Made by a program: the position numbers and the translations under genes. The notes under the pieces were generated by a model, which had not been told where the DNA came from, did not search any database, and saw only the letters and a program-made list of their open reading frames with translations. A stretch of DNA of 32,000 nucleotides, taken from the NCBI RefSeq assembly GCF_009557235.1, contig NZ_CP045650.1:120001-152000 (forward strand), given 5' to 3'. The DNA comes from Acinetobacter wanghuae. Lineage in GTDB: Bacteria > Pseudomonadota > Gammaproteobacteria > Pseudomonadales > Moraxellaceae. Every line of letters begins with the position of its first letter. Position 1 is the stretch's first letter. Shown piece after piece: positions 8,815-17,750 of the stretch.

Positions 8815-10077
8815 ATGAATGAAGCTGTTCCCTCGGTTGTTGCGATTGACATTGGGACGCACAAAGTTTCAGTTTTGATTGGTAAGGTACATGCACCTGA
8901 CAATATCCAAGTGATTGGTATGGCAACCGCTCGTAACCGAGGCATGAATAAAGGGAAAATTGTAAGTCTCGATAAAGTTATTACCGCAATTAAAAATGCT
9001 GTTCAAGAAGCCGAAGATATGGCGGAATGTCGCGTACACTCTGCATGGATTTCGATTCCGACTGCTGAACTTAAAAGCTTCTATGCTTCAGGACGTACCC
9101 CGATTGCGAATACGGAGCAAACCATTACCACCAGCGAAGTGGTTCGTGCTTTAGAATTGGCAAAAGCCAGTCATTTGACCTCAGATCATTATTTGGTAAG
9201 TGCTGTGCCTTTAGGCTTTGAATTGGATGATTCACCAGAATGGGTGCTCAATCCAATTCGGATGTCAGCACATAGCATGACCGGGCATTATCATTTAATG
9301 ATGCTGCCAATCAGCACCATGCAAAACATTGATCGCGCGCTAAAAGGGGCGAATATTGGTGTGGAGCGCATGGTGGTGTCATCGCTTGCGACTGCTGAAG
9401 CCAGTTTGCTGAAAGACGAAAAAGAATATGGCGTATGCTTGGTGGATATTGGCGCAGGCACAACCAATGTCGCGGTCTATGTGGAAGGGCGTTTGGCATT
9501 GACCAAGACCTTCCAACGTGGTGGTGAGCATGTGACGCGTGATATCGCAGCGGTGCTACAAACCACAACGGAAGAAGCAGAACGTATTAAATTGCATTAT
9601 GGTTGTGTCGATCTGAAAGTCGTGAAGCCAGATCATATGATTCAATTCCAAGGTATTGATGGACCACAAACCATTAGTCGAATTGAATTGACTGAAATTA
9701 TTATTGCGCGCTATAGCGAAATTTTAGGTTTGGTGCGTGAAGAATTAGAAAGCAATGGTGCAATGAACGGTTTGTATCATGGTGTGGTATTGACAGGTGA
9801 TGCAAGCCATATTGAAGGGATGGTGAGTTATGTGCGCCGTAGTTTAGGCGTCTCAGCACATTTAGGTAATCCACCTTTACAGGTCACTGCCGAAGAGCCG
9901 CATCTTGCTGCATTACGTCGTTCACAGTATGCCACAGCAGCGGGTTTGTTGATGTTTAGCCAAAGTGATACGCAAGATACCATGGTTGAACCTGAAGATG
10001 ATGAGCGCTTATCGCTTGCACAACGCGTGAAACGCGCATGGTCAGGTTTTAATGACACATTAAAATCTATTTTTTAG
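8815..10077 (+). CDS. ftsA: Cell division protein FtsA
   Basis: Actin-like ATPase motifs (VVAIDIGTHKVSVLIG, VDIGAGTTNVAVY), 420 aa, with a C-terminal amphipathic helix (WSGFNDTLKSIF). Confidence 0.95.
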   Translation: MNEAVPSVVAIDIGTHKVSVLIGKVHAPDNIQVIGMATARNRGMNKGKIVSLDKVITAIKNAVQEAEDMAECRVHSAWISIPTAELKSFYASGRTPIANTEQTITTSEVVRALELAKASHLTSDHYLVSAVPLGFELDDSPEWVLNPIRMSAHSMTGHYHLMMLPISTMQNIDRALKGANIGVERMVVSSLATAEASLLKDEKEYGVCLVDIGAGTTNVAVYVEGRLALTKTFQRGGEHVTRDIAAVLQTTTEEAERIKLHYGCVDLKVVKPDHMIQFQGIDGPQTISRIELTEIIIARYSEILGLVREELESNGAMNGLYHGVVLTGDASHIEGMVSYVRRSLGVSAHLGNPPLQVTAEEPHLAALRRSQYATAAGLLMFSQSDTQDTMVEPEDDERLSLAQRVKRAWSGFNDTLKSIF

Positions 10078-10115
10078 TCAACAATTCTTGTGAATATTGT
10101 TGAGAAGTTGTACTC

Positions 10116-10159
10116 AAGAATGCTTTGACTTGACAATACATCTGTTGAGCAGCATTCTT
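10116..10159 (+). other. Perfect 9-bp inverted repeat (stem-loop) in the ftsA-ftsZ spacer; function unknown
   Basis: AAGAATGCT (10116-10124) and AGCATTCTT (10151-10159) flank a 26-nt loop that contains TTGACTTGACA. Confidence 0.4.
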
Positions 10160-10238
10160 AAAAACAATTTTTATTTAAGATCAAGGCAGTATACGGGCTT
10201 AAGTGACTGCCAATTATGAATTAGGAATTTTAAAGGTC

Positions 10239-11432
10239 ATGGCCTCATTTGAATTTTTTGAAGATGATCAGAGCGATAGCAATGGTCAAGCCCGTTTCAC
10301 TGTTTTCGGTGTAGGTGGTGCGGGTGGTAATGCGGTGCAACATATGTTGCAGTCAGACATTAAAGGCGTGAAATTTGTTTGTGCAAATACAGACAAGCAA
10401 GCCCTTGACCGCATGGAATCTGAATTTAAAATCCAGCTTGGTGAAGAATGTACACGTGGCTTAGGCGCGGGTGCAAATCCACAAGTGGGTCAAGCAGCAG
10501 CTGAAGAAAGCCGCGAATTTATCCGTCAGCAGTTAGAAGGTACGGATATGGTCTTCGTGACCGCAGGGATGGGCGGTGGTACAGGTACCGGTGCTGCACC
10601 TGTTGTTGCTGAAATTGCTAAAGAGATGGGTATCTTGACAGTAGGTGTAGTAACAACACCATTTAACTTCGAAGGTAAACGTCGTCTGCAATCTGCTGAA
10701 AAAGGCATTGAAGCCCTTGAGCAACACGTTGATTCTTTAATTATTATTCCGAACCAACGTTTGTTGAAAGTGTTCCGTGACATTTCAATGAAAGATGCTT
10801 ACAAGAAAGCAGATGATGTATTGCTAAATGCTGTACGTAGTATCTTTGATCTTGTGGTTCGTCCAGGTCACATCAACCTTGACTTCGCCGATTTGAAAAC
10901 TGCAATGAGCACACGCGGTTATGCCATGATGGGTGTGGGTTCAGGTCGTGGTGAAAACCGTGCACGTCAAGCAGCGGAGCAAGCGATTCGCAGTCCATTG
11001 CTTGATAATGTCACCATTATGAATGCCAAAGGTATTTTGATTAATGTGACCGGTGGTGATGACGTAACTTTCGGTGAAATCGAAGAAATCACCGATGTTG
11101 TGAACCAAATTGTCGACCTTGACGAAGGTCAGGTGTTCTACGGTACGGTCTTTGATCCAGACGCGCGCGATGAAATCAGTGTAACTGTGATTGCAACAGG
11201 TTTAACGCGTAATTCAGCAGATTCATTAGATGCAAAACCACGTGGCAATGTGCAAGCATCGCGTCCAAGTACAGGCGCTCAAGCTGCGGTTGAAGATGAC
11301 GATGTACCTGCAATTCAACGCCAACATGCTGAGAATTCAACTGCTGCAAGTAGCACACCTGCTTCAGTTGCAAGTCCGCGTCCTACGCCAATGAGTATTC
11401 AAGATTATCTTAAAAATCAACAGCGTAAGTAA
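10239..11432 (+). CDS. ftsZ: Cell division GTPase FtsZ
   Basis: MASFEFFEDD...FGVGGAGGNAV, with the tubulin signature GGGTGTGAAP and a C-terminal linker and tail. I moved the start to ATG 10239. The track start at GTG 10203 adds 12 non-conserved residues. Confidence 0.95.
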   Translation: MASFEFFEDDQSDSNGQARFTVFGVGGAGGNAVQHMLQSDIKGVKFVCANTDKQALDRMESEFKIQLGEECTRGLGAGANPQVGQAAAEESREFIRQQLEGTDMVFVTAGMGGGTGTGAAPVVAEIAKEMGILTVGVVTTPFNFEGKRRLQSAEKGIEALEQHVDSLIIIPNQRLLKVFRDISMKDAYKKADDVLLNAVRSIFDLVVRPGHINLDFADLKTAMSTRGYAMMGVGSGRGENRARQAAEQAIRSPLLDNVTIMNAKGILINVTGGDDVTFGEIEEITDVVNQIVDLDEGQVFYGTVFDPDARDEISVTVIATGLTRNSADSLDAKPRGNVQASRPSTGAQAAVEDDDVPAIQRQHAENSTAASSTPASVASPRPTPMSIQDYLKNQQRK

Positions 11433-11466
11433 TATGTAACATAATGTGTTAACATTGTGGCAACAG

Positions 11467-11500
11467 AAAAGGTGGCGTATAAGCCACCTTTTTGTTTTTT
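11467..11500 (+). terminator. Rho-independent terminator after ftsZ
   Basis: AAAA-GGTGGC-gtataa-GCCACC-TTTTTGTTTTTT. Confidence 0.8.
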
Positions 11501-11557
11501 ATCAATGGCTAAATATGCTAACGTATAGCGGTTTTATTGGTGAATGATGGCAAACGA

Positions 11558-12460
11558 ATGTTGAAACAACGTACCCTGCAACGCGTCGTGAAAGCGAGCG
11601 GAATCGGTTTACACAGTGGGCAAAAAGTCTTAATGAACTTTGTGCCGCACCATGCCGATGGGGGAATTGTATTTCGACGTATCGATTTAGATCCACCTGT
11701 TGATATTCCTGCCAATGCCATGCTCATTCAAGAAGCCTTCATGTGCTCAAATCTCGTTCAAGATAATGCCAAAGTTGGCACAGTTGAACATGTGATGAGT
11801 GCAATTGCAGGACTTGGCATTGATAATTTAATTATTGAAGTCTCAGCTTCTGAAGTACCGATTATGGACGGGAGTGCGGGTCCATTCATTTATTTACTGA
11901 TGCAAGGTGGCTTAAAAGAGCTCGATGCACCAAAAAAATTCATTAAAATTAAAAAACCTGTCGAAGCTCTCATTGATGATAAGCGTGCCATTTTTACGCC
12001 GCATGAAGGTTTTCAGCTGAACTTCACCATTGATTTTGATCATCCTGCCTTTAAAAAAGAATTCCAATCGGCCACCATTGATTTTTCAACAGAAACATTT
12101 GTTTATGAAGTCAGTGAAGCACGTACTTTTGGCTTTATGAAAGATTTAGATTATCTCAAAGCCAATAATTTGGCACTTGGTGCCAGCTTAGAAAATGCCA
12201 TTGGGGTGGATGATTCTGGGGTGGTCAATGAAGAAGGTCTTCGCTTCTCGGACGAATTTGTACGTCATAAAATTTTAGATGCCGTGGGGGATTTATATTT
12301 ACTCGGACATCAAATTATTGGCAAATTTGACGGTTATAAATCAGGTCATGCTTTGAATAATCAGCTACTGCGCAATGTGAAAAATGACCCAGATGCTTAT
12401 GAAATTGTAACATTTGATGACATAAAACACTGTCCAATTCCCTATGTGGAAATCGTCTAA
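11558..12460 (+). CDS. lpxC: UDP-3-O-acyl-N-acetylglucosamine deacetylase
   Basis: [24 protein letters not shown] matches the canonical LpxC N-terminus. [12 protein letters not shown] motif. About 300 aa from ATG 11558; the track start is a TTG 21 nt upstream. Confidence 0.95.
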   Translation: MLKQRTLQRVVKASGIGLHSGQKVLMNFVPHHADGGIVFRRIDLDPPVDIPANAMLIQEAFMCSNLVQDNAKVGTVEHVMSAIAGLGIDNLIIEVSASEVPIMDGSAGPFIYLLMQGGLKELDAPKKFIKIKKPVEALIDDKRAIFTPHEGFQLNFTIDFDHPAFKKEFQSATIDFSTETFVYEVSEARTFGFMKDLDYLKANNLALGASLENAIGVDDSGVVNEEGLRFSDEFVRHKILDAVGDLYLLGHQIIGKFDGYKSGHALNNQLLRNVKNDPDAYEIVTFDDIKHCPIPYVEIV

Positions 12461-12558
12461 CTCCTTGTGTTTGAGATAGATGATGCTCATGTAATATTTT
12501 ATTACGTGATCTGTGTCACAATTTAGATTGTAACAATTTACTCGAATGTATAAGGATG

Positions 12559-12999
12559 TTATTTTTTATTGCTTGCCAAACGTAGCATAGCTTGGCTAAG
12601 CTTAGGGTCGCTTATAAAGTCAGCAGCACCACGAAGCAATTCTTGGGTTTCTGAGCTTAATTCTCTTTCGGGTTTTCCTAAAGGTGGGGCAGTTTTCGGT
12701 GAAGGTCGTAAACAAACCTGTAGTTTAGTAAGATCCTTTAATTCATGTATTTGAGAGAGTTGTGAGATGTATTGCTTTTGAAGATAAGCCAGTTGAGAAA
12801 TCATCGCTTGATTTTCACCAGTAATCGTTAACACACCATTTTGATAGCAGACCACTTGCCATTGTTCCGGCTGGGGCAATAGTTGTTGGATGTGTTTTGT
12901 AAGTTTCTGCCATGCAGTCACTTGTGTAGAGAGAAACGAAAAGTTTCCTGTTTTTATGTGTTTTCTTGTTTGTTGGAAGACGTTGACAGGTTCGGACAT
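12559..12999 (-). CDS. DUF721 / DciA-like protein (candidate replicative-helicase operator)
   Basis: 146 aa. The central pattern W..L....Q.L.....WQVVCYQNGVLTITGENQAMISQLAYL fits the DUF721 profile as I recall it. It sits in the same lpxC / DUF721 / M23-peptidase neighbourhood known from Pseudomonas. Confidence 0.55.
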   Translation of the reverse strand: MSEPVNVFQQTRKHIKTGNFSFLSTQVTAWQKLTKHIQQLLPQPEQWQVVCYQNGVLTITGENQAMISQLAYLQKQYISQLSQIHELKDLTKLQVCLRPSPKTAPPLGKPERELSSETQELLRGAADFISDPKLSQAMLRLASNKK

Positions 13000-13104
13000 A
13001 CATTGTTACTCCATGATTATGTCTTAATCTTATGCGCTCCTTTCAGTAGATATCAAGGAAGAGATCACCAAGGGACTCGATTAAAACAGTTTAGTGAGGT
13101 TTTT

Positions 13105-13788
13105 ATGCATATGCGACGTATTTTGTTAGCATTCTCTTTTGCAGCGTCAGCGGCATCCGTGGCGTTCGCAGATTTAGTGGAACTAGATCAGGAAAATGCT
13201 TCAACAGATCGTATTGAGCAACTAACGCGTACATTGGCACAGGGTGCATATACCCATCCTGATGATATTGATATTCCAGCTGAAACCAAACTCAATGTTC
13301 AGCTACGTGAAAAACCAGTTGAACTCAATAATAAGACCATTGCACAAAAATATGGCAAGTCAAAATTATCCAATGCATCTAGCAGTCCATATTCATGGTT
13401 AGTGACTCATCCTTTACCCGACTTAAAACGTGTGAGTTCTGACTTTGGTGGTCGTACCATGGGCGGACGCGCAGAAAACCATTCTGGTTTAGATATGTCT
13501 GCACCAAGTGGAACACCCATTTATGCAACAGGACCGGGCATTGTCACCAAGTCAGGTTGGGGCACAGGTTATGGTCAATATGTTGAAATCAACCACGGTA
13601 ATGGCTATTTAACACGTTATGCGCATGCTTCACGTCTCATTGCGAAAGTAGGTGATCGAGTGAAAGCAGGTGAGCATATTGCCAATGTCGGTTGTACAGG
13701 TCGTTGCACAGGCCCTCACTTGCATTACGAAGTAGTAAAAGATGGTCAACGTAAGAATCCATCTACCTATTTAGCTATGTTGCCTTAA
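13105..13788 (+). CDS. Secreted M23-family metallopeptidase
   Basis: Signal peptide MHMRRILLAFSFAASAASVAFA. M23 motifs HSGLD and GPHLHYEV. ATG 13105 lies 5 nt after GAGG. The upstream 74 codons of the track ORF overlap the divergent gene and look spurious. Confidence 0.85.
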   Translation: MHMRRILLAFSFAASAASVAFADLVELDQENASTDRIEQLTRTLAQGAYTHPDDIDIPAETKLNVQLREKPVELNNKTIAQKYGKSKLSNASSSPYSWLVTHPLPDLKRVSSDFGGRTMGGRAENHSGLDMSAPSGTPIYATGPGIVTKSGWGTGYGQYVEINHGNGYLTRYAHASRLIAKVGDRVKAGEHIANVGCTGRCTGPHLHYEVVKDGQRKNPSTYLAMLP

Positions 13789-13847
13789 AAATTAAATATG
13801 AGGTGCAGCTGTTACGATTTTAAATAGAAAGTCTCAAAAAATTACAT

Positions 13848-13913
13848 AAGCGATCGAAAGGTTCAAAGCTTGTTAAATCAAGAAAATTGAATCATCGGTC
13901 GCTTCTTTGTTTT
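13848..13913 (+). terminator. Candidate terminator or structured 3' element after the M23 gene
   Basis: AAGCGATCGA (13848-13857) pairs with TCGGTCGCTT (13895-13904), with one G.U pair. The 37-nt loop has an internal TTCAA/TTGAA helix. CTTTGTTTT follows. Confidence 0.3.
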
Positions 13914-14039
13914 AATATTAGTCTCTATAACTGTAACTTTGCACAATAAATAATCAAAATTAGCATTATTTTGTAAAAATGTATGAAAAATGGTCAATCG
14001 CCATTTATTTGCTGAATATTAGTCCTATCTCCTATTCAT

Positions 14040-14068
14040 TTGTAGCCATAACTGCAATTGCCTAAAAT
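14040..14068 (+). promoter_or_regulatory. Candidate sigma70 promoter for aceEF
   Basis: TTGTAG, a 17-nt spacer, then TAAAAT, about 50 nt upstream of the aceE ATG. This is a by-eye match only. Confidence 0.3.
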
Positions 14069-14116
14069 GTGATACATATATATCCCATAATATTAGGCAT
14101 TAGATACAGGTGAATT

Positions 14117-16819
14117 ATGGCGTTTTATGGTGATACCGACGCGCAAGAAACCCAAGAATGGCAGGAAGCGTTTGATTCGGTTTTGCAACATATGGGGACA
14201 GATCGTGCTGCATTTTTACTCGAAAAGCTTTATCAACAAGCCATTGCTAAGCATGTTCCCATTCAGCGTCTAAATACTCCTTATCTCAATACCATTTCTG
14301 TTGAAGAACAACCTGCCATGCCGGGCGACCAAGATATGGAGCGTCGTATTCGTGCGCTGATTCGTTGGAATGCTTTGGCTATGGTACTGCGTGCCAATAA
14401 AACCGGTGATGACTTAGGTGGTCACTTAGCAAGTTTCGCATCTTCTGCGACGCTTTATGATGTCGGTTTTAACCACTTCTTCCGTGCTAATAGCGAAAGC
14501 TTTGGTGGTGACATGATTTATTATCAAGGTCACTGTGCACCGGGTATTTATGCACGTTCATTCTTGGAAGGTCGCTTAACTGAAGAACATTTGAGTAACT
14601 TCCGTCGTGAAGTGGCGGGTAAAGGTTTGCCGTCTTATCCGCATCCATATTTAATGCCGGACTACTGGCAGTTCCCAACCGTATCCATGGGGTTGGGACC
14701 AATTATGTCGATTTACCAAGCGCACATTCAAAAATATTTGATGAATCGTGGCTTAATTAAAGAAGAAAATCGTAAAGTCTGGGCTTATCTTGGCGATGGT
14801 GAGATGGATGAGCCAGAAAGTACGGGTGCAATTTCACTGGCGGGTCGTGAAAAGCTCGACAACCTCATTTGGGTGGTGAACTGTAATTTACAACGTTTAG
14901 ATGGTCCTGTACGCGGTAACGGCAAAATTATTCAAGAGCTTGAATCATTATTCCGTGGTGCGGGCTGGCGTGTGATTAAAGTGGTTTGGGGTCGTCATTG
15001 GGATCCACTGCTTGATAAAGATAAATCAGGTGCATTGAAAGCTATTATGGAAGAAGCAGTCGATGGTGACTTCCAGCGCTTCCAAGTGAAGGGCGGTGCT
15101 TATGCGCGTGAGAAATTCTTTGGTAAATATCCAGAAGCGGCAGAACTCGTTAAAGACTTAAGCGATGAAGATATTGATAATCTTAATCGTGGTGGTCATG
15201 ACCCGTATAAAGTCTTTGCAGCTTATGCTGAAGCATGTAATGCCAAAGGTCAGCCAACCGTTATCTTAGCGAAAACGGTCAAAGGCTATGGTTTATCTGA
15301 AGAAATTGAAGCAGTCAACAAAACGCATCAAATTAAAAAGATGCAAATCAATTCTTTGAAATATGTGCGTGATCGTTTCAATCTTCCATTTACCGATGAG
15401 CAATTGGAAGAAGTACCATTCTATCGTCCAAGCGAAAATTCTCCTGAATTGAAATATATGAAGGCACGTCGTGAAGCGTTAGGTGGTTATTTACCTGCAC
15501 GTCGTCGTGAAAGCGAACAGCTGGCTATTCCTGCATTATCTGTCTTTGATTCAGTCTTGGCAGGTTCAAATGGTAAAGAGCAGTCAACCACTATGATTAT
15601 GGTGCGTTTGATTTCAGCATTATTGAAAGAAAAAGCGATTAAAGATCGCGTTGTGCCAATCGTACCTGATGAAGCTCGTACCTTTGGTTTGGAAGGTATG
15701 TTCCGTCAATTGGGTATTTATGCTGCACACGGTCAAAAATATACCCCTGAAGACCAAGAACAATTGATGCATTACCGTGAAGCAAAAGACGGTCATATGC
15801 TACAAGAAGGCATTAACGAAGCCGGTGCGATGAGTGCTTGGGCGGCGTTGGCAACCAGTTATTCAACCAATAATTTGCCAATGATTCCGATGTACATGTA
15901 CTACTCAATGTTTGGTTTCCAACGTATTGGTGACATTGCATGGGCAGCAGGCGATGCACAAGCACAAGGTTTCTTGTTGGGTGCAACTGCAGGTCGTACG
16001 ACACTGAACGGTGAAGGTTTGCAGCACCAAGACGGTCATTCACATATTCTTGCCAATACTATTCCAAACTGTGTGTCTTATGATCCTTGCTTTGGTTACG
16101 AGTTGGCAGTGATCGTGCATGATGGCCTACAACGTATGTATGTCAATCAAGAGCGCGTGTTCTACTACTTAACCGTCATGAATGAAAACTACGAGCATCC
16201 TGAAATGCCTAAAGGCGCTGAGGAAGGCATTAAGCGTGGTATGTACTTACTGGCAGAAGATCAGAAAGCCACTGTTCAATTGATGGGTTCAGGTGTCATT
16301 CTGCGTGAAGTGATTAAAGCATCACAAATTCTACGTGATGAATATCAAATTCATTCAAATGTATGGAGTGTGACCAGCTTCAACGAACTTGCACGTGATG
16401 GTATGGCATGTGAAGAATATAACCGTCTACATCCAATGAATGAAGATGCCAAAGAAGCATGGGTATCGAAACAGCTTCGCGGCACAAATGGTATTGTGGT
16501 TTCGGCAACCGATCATATGCGCGCTTATAGCGAACAAATTCGCGCGTATCTTCCAAACAATCGCCCATTTGTCGCTTTAGGTACAGACGGTTACGGTCGT
16601 TCTGATACGCGCGGCAACTTACGTAGTTACTTCGGTGTCGATGCAGCACATATTGTGGTTGCAACATTGAAGAAATTGGCTGATGAAGGCGAAGTCGATG
16701 CACGTTTGGTTAGAGATGCGATTTCAAGCTTTGAATTAGATACTGATCGTCCAGTGGCATGGTTGCCACAAGCAACGCCATCAGTACTTCCTGTTGCTGA
16801 CTATAAAGAGGAGAAATAA
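14117..16819 (+). CDS. aceE: Pyruvate dehydrogenase E1 component (homodimeric type)
   Basis: 900 aa with a ThDP-binding region (GDGEMDEPES...NCNLQRLDG) and an N-terminal E2-binding segment. It is directly upstream of aceF. Confidence 0.95.
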   Translation: MAFYGDTDAQETQEWQEAFDSVLQHMGTDRAAFLLEKLYQQAIAKHVPIQRLNTPYLNTISVEEQPAMPGDQDMERRIRALIRWNALAMVLRANKTGDDLGGHLASFASSATLYDVGFNHFFRANSESFGGDMIYYQGHCAPGIYARSFLEGRLTEEHLSNFRREVAGKGLPSYPHPYLMPDYWQFPTVSMGLGPIMSIYQAHIQKYLMNRGLIKEENRKVWAYLGDGEMDEPESTGAISLAGREKLDNLIWVVNCNLQRLDGPVRGNGKIIQELESLFRGAGWRVIKVVWGRHWDPLLDKDKSGALKAIMEEAVDGDFQRFQVKGGAYAREKFFGKYPEAAELVKDLSDEDIDNLNRGGHDPYKVFAAYAEACNAKGQPTVILAKTVKGYGLSEEIEAVNKTHQIKKMQINSLKYVRDRFNLPFTDEQLEEVPFYRPSENSPELKYMKARREALGGYLPARRRESEQLAIPALSVFDSVLAGSNGKEQSTTMIMVRLISALLKEKAIKDRVVPIVPDEARTFGLEGMFRQLGIYAAHGQKYTPEDQEQLMHYREAKDGHMLQEGINEAGAMSAWAALATSYSTNNLPMIPMYMYYSMFGFQRIGDIAWAAGDAQAQGFLLGATAGRTTLNGEGLQHQDGHSHILANTIPNCVSYDPCFGYELAVIVHDGLQRMYVNQERVFYYLTVMNENYEHPEMPKGAEEGIKRGMYLLAEDQKATVQLMGSGVILREVIKASQILRDEYQIHSNVWSVTSFNELARDGMACEEYNRLHPMNEDAKEAWVSKQLRGTNGIVVSATDHMRAYSEQIRAYLPNNRPFVALGTDGYGRSDTRGNLRSYFGVDAAHIVVATLKKLADEGEVDARLVRDAISSFELDTDRPVAWLPQATPSVLPVADYKEEK

Positions 16820-16821
16820 TA

Positions 16822-17750
16822 ATGCAGATTACGACTCCTGATATTGGTGTAGATCAAGCTGTTGTGGCGGAAATCTTAGTCAAAGTAGGCGACAGCATTA
16901 ACATTGATGACAGCATTGTATTGCTTGAATCTGATAAAGCCTCTGTTGAAGTGCCAAGCACTTCAGCAGGTGTGGTTAAAAGTATCGCTGTCAGTCTAGG
17001 CGATAGTGTGGCTGAAGGTGCAGTCTTAATTGAGCTTGAAGCTGAAGATGCGACAAGTAAAACTGTTGAGCCACAAACAGCAGATGCTGCACAAAAAACA
17101 TCAGAAAACACTCCAACTGAATTGCCAGACGCAGAGGTCATGCAAGAATTATCTGCACATCAACCACAAGCATCGAGCAGCGCACAAAGTGTAGATGTGC
17201 AAGTTCCTGATATTGGTGTTGAAAAAGCCATTGTCGGTGAAATCTTGGTTGCTGTAGGCGACACGATTGCGATTGATGACAGCATCGTTGTGGTTGAATC
17301 AGATAAAGCTACGGTTGAAGTACCGAGTACGGCTGCTGGTGTCGTGGAATCAATTTCAATTCAAGTTGGCGACAGCGTGAAAGAAGGTGTGGTGATTTTA
17401 AAGGTGAAAACCGTAGGCTTAGTTGCTCCGGCATCTGTTCAAGCAGTTAAAACCGAATCAGCACCTGTTCAAGCAGCGAAGACTGAGCCTGTGGTACAAG
17501 CGACAGCAGCATCAAAAGGTGATGTTGAAGTGAAAGTGCCTGACTTGGGTGTTGATAAGGCGGCTGTAGCAGAAATCTTGGTTGCAGTAGGTGATCAGGT
17601 TGAAAAAGACCAAAGTATCATTGTGGTCGAATCTGACAAAGCCACTGTCGAAGTACCAAGTTCAACTGCAGGGGTGATTAAAGCCATTCATGTGACTTTG
17701 GGACAAAACGTTTCCGAAGGTGTGGCTTTACTGACCATTGAAGCTGAAGG
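16822..17750 (+). repeat. Three tandem intragenic repeats encoding the aceF lipoyl domains
   Basis: Units begin near 16822, 17191 and 17521 and are alignable at the DNA level (for example cctgatattggtgt..., ...gaatc(t/a)gataaagc...gttgaagt(g/a)cc). There is also a 30-nt-period linker duplication (17434-17457 and 17464-17487). Confidence 0.85.

Noticed and set aside
10203-10238. GTG-initiated 12-aa extension of ftsZ
   Set aside because: The conserved FtsZ N-terminus starts at MASFEFF (ATG 10239). The extension is not conserved in character.
12461-12558. Short AT-rich inverted repeats between the convergent lpxC and DUF721 genes (CATGTAAT...ATTACGTG; ACAAT-ttag-ATTGT)
   Set aside because: The stems are short, AT-only and imperfect, with no U-tract. 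They are indistinguishable from chance in AT-rich DNA.
12883-13104. 74-codon N-terminal extension of the M23 peptidase ORF overlapping the DUF721 gene
   Set aside because: A textbook signal peptide begins at ATG 13105 with a GAGG Shine-Dalgarno sequence. The Cys/Phe/Leu-rich extension overlaps the opposite-strand gene start, so it is spurious.
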